From Iphione sp. A-MEVVRFRX5 (taxonomy: Eukaryota): a DNA stretch of 64,000 bases. Shown here piece by piece: positions 1 through 7,679 of the stretch. A program made the translations under genes and the position numbers. Location of the stretch: the NCBI GenBank assembly GCA_976226885.1, contig OZ320313.1, forward strand, positions 121,024,001 through 121,088,000, read 5' to 3'. The stretch's first letter is position 1. The number at the start of each line of letters is the position of its first letter. The notes under the pieces were generated by a model. That model saw only the letters and a list, made by a program, of their open reading frames with translations. It ran no database searches and was not told where the DNA came from.

Positions 1-26
1 TAGCTCGCATATATATGTACAGTGTA

Positions 27-108
27 CAGTTGAATCTCTATTTCCGACGAGTGGTCGGGTCTGACCTCAAATGGCTGGAATAGCAAGTTTGGTTGGGAAT
101 CGATTTTT
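27..108. mobile_element. Tc1/mariner-type MITE, left half (interrupted by the LINE)
   Basis: TA at 25-26, then TIR CAGTTGAATCTCTATTTCCGAC (27-48), which matches the reverse complement of 6604-6625 at 19/22 positions; a second TA lies at 6626-6627. Confidence 0.8.
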
Positions 109-138
109 GTTCAAAGTTCAAAGTTCAAAGTGTTTATT
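109..138 (-). repeat. LINE 3' end: polyA signal plus (TTTGAAC)3 tandem tail
   Basis: Plus strand reads GTTCAAA x3 (109-129) then TTTATT (133-138). Short tandem tails are typical of CR1/L2-group LINEs. Confidence 0.85.
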
Positions 139-1127
139 AACCTTCTCAAGTGTACATGAGCTTTTAAAGATTAATTTATAACACAACAATAATTACGACA
201 AAATCATCACAGAGCACATGATCATCACAGAGCAGTTGTACATAGGGTGAATCATAAGTACACCAGGAGGCAGAATTGTCGTGAAAATGTTTCCAATTGA
301 ACAGACATAAGAAATTGATTCAGGTTATCATCACAGGGCAGCGACAAGCCAAATGGCAATATACTTAGGCATAGTGTACGGCCCATAAGGCGACTAAACA
401 CTCATGCCAGCTACATTGAAACTAGTTTGCGGCATAAGTGAGACATGAATCAGAAGATTCAGTAGAGCTAGGTGGGCAGGACATGGTGTAAGACATTTAA
501 CGAAGATATGACATAAGACACCATATGAAACAACCCGTGTAGCAAGCAGATTGCGTCCTCGAGTAACAGGAGCGAACATGGTCGTTCTTGTGTACATTAC
601 ATGGAGTTAGAGCCACATATGGCTGGTGACTAAGAAGCCACAATACCACAACACTCTGCTAACAGCGATGACATTATAGTAATACACCCAGTTCATTTTT
701 ATATCTAACAGGTTCAAGAATAGATATAGAAAGTCAATAGAAGTTTACAATCAGCAGCAGCACACACGGACACCCTGAGTCAGATACTACAGGTGCCTAG
801 CAATCCTTCTAGTATCATACAATCACTCCCACACATATCCAAAAGAAGATCTTCACCCATTCAACCCTTGTTTCGCTATCACCTAGTGACTATCATGAAT
901 ATTTCTCGCAACTCCACACAAACCACATCGGCAGCACACAACCAGATGCAGCATGCAGACACTCCCACCATCTGTCTAGGAAAAATCAACACACAATCAC
1001 CCTTGATCACTACTGACAAGCAGCCAGTGAAGCTCAACACCTATCCTCCAATCTCACACGAGCAGGCCATCAACAACACGTATCATCCATAGCTTCGGAT
1101 GCATGTCCAGCACCTCGCAGAGAAGCT

Positions 1128-3905
1128 CTAGTTACCAAGTCTGTCTCCTTTTCCTGGTATCAGTCCCGGAACTAGTTTAGCAGCTTCCCTGGCTAATGTT
1201 GGCAGCTTATTCCATTCGGACACTGCATGACAGCGCAAGGAACGAGCAAATTTGTTCCGTTTAGTTTTCGGGATGACTCCCTGGATGCTTTTACCCGTCC
1301 TGGTCACCGTACGGGCAGCTCTAGGGATTAGCCCCAGGTGCATCAATCGATGGACACATGTGAGCCCCCTTTTGTAGACCACGTCTTCAACCCTGTTCAC
1401 ATTGAACTTGTTGTTTATGGTTCTTGCAGATAGGAATTCTCCCGTCTGCACTGCTATACGAAAGCACCGATTTACCTGTATCTGCATGTCAACTATTCTT
1501 GACTTCGTAGCACCATAGTAGAGTATGGCGTGAAAGTTTAGGTGGGCAAGTACCAACGACTTGAAAAGCCTCACTCTTGCATCGAGGGGTAGTAGGCGCT
1601 TTACCCGACCCAGTTTGATAGACACCCCCCACATTCTCTTTTTGAGTGCTCTTTGATCATTAGTGAATGAAAAAGATCCATCCACCAAGTATCCTAGTAG
1701 CTTGGTCGGACATTCCAATTTTAAGGGCGAATCACCAAGCATCAGGTCAAGCGGTATGCCAGCCGCCTTGCCAACTGGCATGTAAGTGCATTTATCCCTT
1801 GACAAAACGAGACCTTCCTTGCTGGTCCAATCATTGACTGCCTTTATTGCTCTCATTGCAGTCCCCCTTAGCTTCAGCAAGTCTTTTGCATACACCATGA
1901 TGCTGAGGTCGTCAGCGTACATTACGGGTACGCACCTGTCAGGGAGTACCTTGGTTACCCCATCCATGACCATGATGAAGGCTCCAGGCCCAAATATTGA
2001 GCCTTGGGGAACTCCCCTCACGAGCGATTGTGGCAACGAGTCAGATCCTGAGCACTGAACATACTGACTTCTACCAGTCAGATAGCTGCGAATCATTGCC
2101 CTGGTCCGCACGCCAGCACCTAATTCCTCCAGACGACTAAGGATACTGACGTGCGGGACCAGGTCAAATGCCTTCCGTAAGTCGAAAGCAAGTAAACACT
2201 GGTAATGTCCAGTGTTTGTCAGCATCAGTGACTCACAGATCAGGGAGGCGACTGCGGTCTCTGTCGACCTCCCGGCTCGGAAGCCATGTTGTGCTTGCGA
2301 GAAAGCTCCCCGTCCCTCCAAGATTGACATAAGATCGCGGGCAAACCATGCCTCACAAACCTTTCCAGGAAGTGGGAGGATGGACACCGGCCTATAATTT
2401 GCGATGTCATCCTTATCTCCTTTTTTATGAACCGGTGCGACCCTCGCCACTTTCCAGCTAACTGGGAATCTCCCGGTCACCAGGATTCTTTTGAAGATCC
2501 ACGAAAGCATGTCTGGTACCTGAGCTAGAATAGGTACCAAGATTCGCGTAGGAATACCCTTGATTCCCGACGACTTTGTTAGCTTCGTTTTCAGAATCAG
2601 ATCTCTAACCTGGAGCGGCGTAGGTGGCCTTAGTTCAAAAAGGCCCTTCCTAGCAGTGACATGGTTTATTACTGGTTCACCCACTGCCTTGGCTAGACGG
2701 TCTACCTCATTGATGAAGTGTGAGTTCATAGCCTCGGCCACAGTCATGCCAGTATCTGCCATTACCTTACAAGGGTCAGGGATAGGTTGACTAGAGCAGT
2801 TTCGCCCGAGCACCTTGTTCAAAACTCCCCAGACTTTCCCTTGATCGTTACCAGCTGATCTTAGTTGCTCACACCAGTAACGACGCTTGTCCTCATTTAG
2901 CACCCTTTTGAACTGCCTGTCGAGCCACTTAAAGATACGCCGGCTGTCCTCGCAGCCGTGTTTCTTCCACTTACGAAAATAGTGACGTCGATCCAAGCAC
3001 AGTTCCTTGGCCGCATCACTCATTTGGAAGTTCTCAGCTGTCACTACCTTTCGCAGCTCACGCTCAGGGCACATTTCGCTGAGAGAGTCACGAAGCGTCA
3101 CTTCTACTTCGTCCCAGACCTGCTCATGATCTCTGTCGTAGTTACCACAGACAGAGCGCACTCTTTCCACCAGGACAGGTATGTCTGCTTTACTCCAGCA
3201 CCTGACCGTCGACACCGATCTTTTAAGATGCCTGGTACCCTTTTTAAGGCAAAAACGTACCGGCAAGTGGTCGCTAAGAAACCACTCCAACTTGTCACAG
3301 TCACTCCCACTACCAGTGCTGGACCAGATCTGATCCAAGCAGCTCTCTCCCGAAATCATGGTGCTACCACTCACCAGTTGTGATAGACCCAAACCGGCCA
3401 AGGCGTTGCTTATGCCTTGTCCAGCTCTTGAAACGTCAAGAAAGTTATAGTTCAAATCGCCTATAACTATAAGGTCCTCCTTCCTTGCAGTATCACGACT
3501 CGTTATTGCATCCCGAAGGGCCTTAACGGAATTGTGGATACTGTCACCAGGAGGCCTATAGACGGAAACCACCCTTAGTGGTTTTCGTTTACCACACCCA
3601 AATGTGAGGTCCAAGATCTCACATTTGGAGTCTGGTGACACAGGCCGGCTCTCTCCCAAAACTTTCAAGGTGTCTCTGAAGTAAACAGCAACTCCACCCC
3701 CACGGCGGTCGACTGTGGAGTCACGGTCTCTCCTGACTAATTCATAACCAGGTATTTTGAGAGAGCCGTCAGTGTGACTCGTTGTCAGCCAACTTTCAGT
3801 CAGGCAGCAGATGTCAGTATTGCTTTCCTCCAAAAGCATGGCCAACTCAGTAGTCTTCTTAGCAAGACTACGAATGTTGTACCCTATTATGTTGAGCCCT
3901 GGCAT
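1128..3905 (-). CDS. LINE ORF2: apurinic-like endonuclease plus reverse transcriptase, 925 aa, uninterrupted
   Basis: APE motifs YNIRSL, LTESW, GGGVAVY, VYRPP, GDLN, LDQ, SDHLPV; RT motifs NYRPVSILP, QHGFR, AFDLRKAFD, GVPQGS, YADD (1908-1919); C-terminal WNKLP as in CR1/L2-group ORF2. Confidence 0.97.
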   Translation of the reverse strand: MPGLNIIGYNIRSLAKKTTELAMLLEESNTDICCLTESWLTTSHTDGSLKIPGYELVRRDRDSTVDRRGGGVAVYFRDTLKVLGESRPVSPDSKCEILDLTFGCGKRKPLRVVSVYRPPGDSIHNSVKALRDAITSRDTARKEDLIVIGDLNYNFLDVSRAGQGISNALAGLGLSQLVSGSTMISGESCLDQIWSSTGSGSDCDKLEWFLSDHLPVRFCLKKGTRHLKRSVSTVRCWSKADIPVLVERVRSVCGNYDRDHEQVWDEVEVTLRDSLSEMCPERELRKVVTAENFQMSDAAKELCLDRRHYFRKWKKHGCEDSRRIFKWLDRQFKRVLNEDKRRYWCEQLRSAGNDQGKVWGVLNKVLGRNCSSQPIPDPCKVMADTGMTVAEAMNSHFINEVDRLAKAVGEPVINHVTARKGLFELRPPTPLQVRDLILKTKLTKSSGIKGIPTRILVPILAQVPDMLSWIFKRILVTGRFPVSWKVARVAPVHKKGDKDDIANYRPVSILPLPGKVCEAWFARDLMSILEGRGAFSQAQHGFRAGRSTETAVASLICESLMLTNTGHYQCLLAFDLRKAFDLVPHVSILSRLEELGAGVRTRAMIRSYLTGRSQYVQCSGSDSLPQSLVRGVPQGSIFGPGAFIMVMDGVTKVLPDRCVPVMYADDLSIMVYAKDLLKLRGTAMRAIKAVNDWTSKEGLVLSRDKCTYMPVGKAAGIPLDLMLGDSPLKLECPTKLLGYLVDGSFSFTNDQRALKKRMWGVSIKLGRVKRLLPLDARVRLFKSLVLAHLNFHAILYYGATKSRIVDMQIQVNRCFRIAVQTGEFLSARTINNKFNVNRVEDVVYKRGLTCVHRLMHLGLIPRAARTVTRTGKSIQGVIPKTKRNKFARSLRCHAVSEWNKLPTLAREAAKLVPGLIPGKGDRLGN

Positions 3906-4176
3906 TGTGACAAGGTCACTCGCGTACCAGAACCTGAAATAGGATAAAGCTCACTAGATGAAGCGGTAGCAAATACTCTGGAGGAAAAGAAAAGAAAATA
4001 TTGTCAAAAATACACCTTTCCAGGCGTACTACGACTGCCAGTGCCAAGAGATCATGCAATTACGAGGTAGCTGTAAGGTCTCAACACGAGTCTAACACTA
4101 CAAGTGCGGACTCGTAGTGATTCATTCAAACATCAATCACCCTAACCTGCTAACATACACACTGTTGGGTTAACCT

Positions 4177-4692
4177 CTATGCCATGTAGTCCTTGTAACC
4201 CGAGACAGGCATTGTATTGTCTTGAATAGAGATAGAGTACTGCGGGCATCCGATGGAAGCTACGCAGAATGATAACAGTCAACATTCACCGTCACATGGA
4301 ACACATAGATATAAGACAAAAGATTCTCATGCATGCATGCAATCGCGAGTACACAGTCAACACTCAGTATATATATATAGCCTGGTGTAATACATATTGA
4401 TAGTACCCGATTGATGGTACACTTACATACAAGCACAAACGGTTGTGAACTTTCAGCGTCACGAGTATTATACACCTCTAATGGTCCGTCACTGGGGTGT
4501 ACAGGTAACAATCAGCAGCGAAATCCAAACGTGATAACATGATAGAAAAGAAACATCTCACTAGCACAAAGGCGATTGTGACGTTGGTAAATACGATACA
4601 GGATATAGTGTGGTTATACGGCAGACCAGCTGCCGTTCAGTTAAATAGTAGTAATGAAATATAGTAGTTATAAGGCATAGTGTCAGTCTCAT
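4177..4692 (-). CDS. Putative small spliced ORF (exons 4692-4562, 4491-4427, 4259-4177), about 92 aa, unknown function
   Basis: ATG at 4692. A GTGAGA donor at 4561 splits a TAG stop, and joining to the acceptor CCCCAG (4492) gives TAT in the only open frame of the next exon. GTAAGT donor at 4426; acceptor TGCGTAG at 4260. No homology recognised. Confidence 0.3.
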
Positions 4693-4733
4693 GTTCGATA
4701 GCCTGATTTTGAAGCTACATAAATGAACAACAA

Positions 4734-5417
4734 TTAGTCTTCTTCAGAGGTGGTATCATTATCACAAGTTGCAATACAGTATAAACTGGCAAATTGTTGT
4801 AAGAAGATGTACAGGTTAAAGCCCCAGTCAGCCAGTGCTTGAGTACTCACATTTACCCCATTTTGTTTCAAGTGTTCGGTGCAGACCGACAGACCGCAGT
4901 CATCATGGGCATTAATGAGCGAGTCTACCTGTGGAGAGGGAAGACCCACACGACGTGCAGTTAAGTCCGCAAGCACATTGTGCAGCTTTACAGAAGCATT
5001 TAGGACGCCTTGCTCCGTATCCTCCAGGATATCAGGTTCTAAACGACTCAGGTCCAAGGAGGGCATACGACACATAATGAATTTCGGGCCCGTCATCCAC
5101 GGACCACTCAGGTAGTCGTGTAGCAATTCCATAATGTACATCAGCCGACGACGATAGGCACCCAGATCTCGTCTGTAGGGTGACCATTGCCCATCCTCGT
5201 ACTTGATAACTTCAGCAGGGCCAACTGACACCAGCACTAGGTCATACCTACTAGTGTCCACCAGTAGTCTCTTTGACCAGATTCTGGAGTAAGTTAATCG
5301 ACGGACGCGTATAACATGTAACACCACCGGCGGCAACCCCTCGATTGGGATTAATTTTGCCATCCCACACGTTCGACTGTCCATGATCATCAAAACCCTC
5401 ATTCTTGGAGTTGTCAC
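4734..5417 (-). CDS. SGNH/GDSL esterase-like ORF (LINE ORF1-type esterase domain), probably catalytically dead
   Basis: Block I-like VLMIMDS, block III-like YDLVLVSVGPAE, block V-like HLKQNGVNVS...WGFNL, in order and with plausible spacing. The ORF track starts at GTG; the first ATG is at 5402. Esterase ORF1 domains are known in CR1/L2/RTE elements. Confidence 0.68.
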   Translation of the reverse strand: MTTPRMRVLMIMDSRTCGMAKLIPIEGLPPVVLHVIRVRRLTYSRIWSKRLLVDTSRYDLVLVSVGPAEVIKYEDGQWSPYRRDLGAYRRRLMYIMELLHDYLSGPWMTGPKFIMCRMPSLDLSRLEPDILEDTEQGVLNASVKLHNVLADLTARRVGLPSPQVDSLINAHDDCGLSVCTEHLKQNGVNVSTQALADWGFNLYIFLQQFASLYCIATCDNDTTSEED

Positions 5418-5627
5418 ATCATGTCGGCGATTTCTTATCGTGAAAGCTGAGAAAGAACAACAGCCTAGTTACTAAACGCCAATGTTAACAGCTCAATATC
5501 AGGATGAGCCAAGAAGAACAATGATAGAACAAAACATAATACAAGCAATCAGGACATGGTCCCAAGTGGCAACAACATGCCTTGTTGACACATACAGCTG
5601 AATGCCGCCATTAGAATCATACACATG

Positions 5628-6005
5628 TTAGACAATTAAATCGTCACGCAACTTCATTAGTACCTTGCCCAGAAGGTTTAACCCATTATAGTCTCTGCGC
5701 CCTTGTTGAAAATGCGATATACTGCAACCACTACCCAGCACAGAGTCGTAATCAGCATAGATTAAGTTGCGATCACCAGTTTCCAACAGAGACTGGAAAC
5801 TTTTCGGATACATCAGATACCTGCTATGAAGTAAATCATATAATGTTACCTCGGATGTTTCCTCCCATCTTTGACATGATTCAATTTGACTCACAATTCT
5901 TTTCGTTTCAAACGCACTCTGACTGCTAGCGATCGCTCTTTCTGCTCGACTATCACTACAACCGCGCGCTTTTGCGAATGCGTACGCACTTTCCACATTT
6001 GAATG
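5628..6005 (-). CDS. NADAR (YbiA-like) domain ORF, N-terminus incomplete
   Basis: NVESAYAFAKA...D...AI....AFETKR, SLLETGDRNLIYADYDSVLGSG and C-terminal GLNLLGKVLMKLRDDL fit the NADAR pattern (E..yq..Ka; Ll.Tg...Lve....D..WG.G; G.N.LG..LM.vR). The frame opens after TAA at 6008-6006, and there is no upstream in-frame ATG. Confidence 0.8.
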   Translation of the reverse strand, partial: HSNVESAYAFAKARGCSDSRAERAIASSQSAFETKRIVSQIESCQRWEETSEVTLYDLLHSRYLMYPKSFQSLLETGDRNLIYADYDSVLGSGCSISHFQQGRRDYNGLNLLGKVLMKLRDDLIV

Positions 6006-6090
6006 TTAACATACAATTAGTTCCAAAAGCACTAAATTGGACGATTAAGAGTTCAAAAAGTGCTGAATTTGATGACTAAAAGTCCAAAAA

Positions 6091-6435
6091 GTCTCCCCTG
6101 AGATGCTCCTCCAGAGTGTGAGGTACATCAGAGAGATTGCCTTGGATGCCTCCGGTCTCCCCCGACCAGCTCCCCCAGCAGGGTTTGAGGTACATCAGAG
6201 AGGTCACCGTTGAGGCCTCTGGTGTCCCCTGACCACTCTTTCAACTGTTATCCTGGGTATGAAAGACATCGGAGAGGTTGCCGCTGATGCCTTCGGTCTG
6301 CCCCGACCAGCTCCTCCAGGGTGTGAGGTACATCAGAGAGGTCGCTGTTGAGGCCTTCAGCCTCCCTTGACCAATCTTTCAACTTTTATCCCAGGTGTGA
6401 GGTACATCAGAGAGGTCGCCATTGAGGCCTCTGGT
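6091..6435. repeat. 5' tandem array of the LINE, 5 units with dimeric higher-order period
   Basis: The core GAGGTACATCAGAGAGG (one degenerate copy) starts at 6120, 6187, 6261, 6325 and 6399. Spacings are 67, 74, 64 and 74, with two alternating linker types. Confidence 0.85.
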
Positions 6436-6625
6436 CAGTAATCAATAGTTAGATAAATCTAAATTGATCTTTTATCAATTGATCGGAGGGGGAGATCGGT
6501 CGGGAATTGATTTGGTCAGTAATCGATATTGGTGAACTATGGAGAACATTTCTGTTCCAAGCTCAACTGGTCGGATTATCCCGTTTGGTTGGAAATTGCA
6601 GAGGTCGGAAATAGAGACTCCACTA
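6433..6625. mobile_element. Tc1/mariner-type MITE, right half
   Basis: Right TIR GTCGGAAATAGAGACTCCACTA (6604-6625) plus TA. The internal motif GGTCGGGAATTGATTT-GGTCAGTAATC (6498-6524) shows how the left half (…GGTTGGGAATCGATTT) rejoins GGTCAGTAATC at 6433. Confidence 0.8.
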
Positions 6626-7040
6626 TATATGGTTTTACATCTTTCTCCTTTGAGTTGCACATAGGTTTGTATCAAAGGGTGTCTTTTCTAAACGCCTTGG
6701 TTGTATCGAGGCAGTCCGGATATCTCAGTGTTGTGATGTTTGCAGCCGGGAGGTCAGTTCAAGCATCGGTCACCGTGGAGGGTAATTTCAAAGTACATGT
6801 AATGCTGTGGCCAGCGATGGAGGTATGTTTTGTACAATGCAATATCATAACGATCTGTTATCTAGTAGAATCAAAAGTCACTTGATTTGACTAGCTTTAT
6901 ACGGATTATAACCAGTTCAATGAACATGAATGTCTGCTTTCAGAAACAAATAGACGTGTACCTGGTCTCTTCTGGGGGCAGATGCGCAGTGTACTTAAGT
7001 GGTATAACTAAGTAAACAGTAGTCAGACGTCTTCATGTTA

Positions 7041-7679
7041 GGCCCGGTTTCCTTATGTGCGTAGCCATGTGTGCTTTGGAGTGCGGAAAACGCACCCATT
7101 TTATGGTCCTGTTGATTTTAATGAAGGGTGTTCCTTATCTGCGGAGAGCTGCGGCTGCGGAGAGCTGCGGAGAGCTGCGGTGCCCGTTTTCGAACCCTTC
7201 CCGTAAATTCCACGCACACGCACAGCAACGCACTGCAACGCAATGTTATTTCTTCTCATTTACTCATTTTTACTCACTTTTACTCACTTCCAACATGATG
7301 TATGGCCATGTCCGCACATGTCCGCACATGTCAGTTCTTTTCCGCACTTTTTCCCGTCATTTTTGCCGTTTTTCGCGGCTTTTAGCATCATTTTCGGCCT
7401 TTTCCGCACTTTTTCCACTCATTTTTGCCGTTTTTCGCGGCTTTTAGCATCATTTTGGGCCTTTTCCGCACTTTTTCCACTCATTTTTGCCGTTTTTCGC
7501 GGCTTTTAGCTTCATTTTCGGCCTTTTTCATCATTTTACGCACAACAACGCACGCATCGTTACGCACTGGTAGGGGACACCCCTCTGCGTTGCCGTGCGG
7601 AAACACCTGCTGATGCGTTTCCCGCACTGAAACGCACACGTATACCAACGGACACCACCGCACATAAGGAAACCGGGCC
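7041..7679. mobile_element. PIF/Harbinger-type MITE
   Basis: Perfect 21-bp TIR GGCCCGGTTTCCTTATGTGCG (7041-7061 and 7659-7679) flanked by TTA on both sides (7038-7040, 7680-7682). Confidence 0.9.
7340..7530. repeat. 62-bp tandem repeat (about 3 copies) inside the Harbinger MITE
   Basis: GCCGTTTTTCGCGGCTTTTAGC recurs at 7365, 7427 and 7489. Confidence 0.9.

Larger units (their letters stand above)
109..6432 (-). mobile_element. Non-LTR retrotransposon (CR1/L2-like group) with NADAR, SGNH-like and APE-RT ORFs
   Basis: APE-RT ORF; minus-strand AATAAA at 133-138 followed by a 3x 7-bp tandem tail (109-129); upstream ORFs on the same strand; both ends bounded by the two halves of one MITE. Confidence 0.9.

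Noticed and set aside
793-1092. 99-aa plus-strand ORF and the antisense ORFs overlapping ORF2 (1786-3383)
   Set aside because: Shadow ORFs caused by strand composition; no recognisable motifs.
5628-6005. NADAR as bacterial or phage contamination or an operon
   Set aside because: It is embedded in a LINE nested in an animal MITE and contiguous with spliced DGKQ; there is no prokaryotic gene context.
6091-6435. CRISPR-like array (repeat core with variable spacing)
   Set aside because: The linkers are themselves two alternating repeats rather than unique spacers, the context is eukaryotic, and there are no cas genes.
6529-6885. 118-aa plus-strand ORF
   Set aside because: It starts inside the MITE right half, uses a GTG start and has no recognisable domain.
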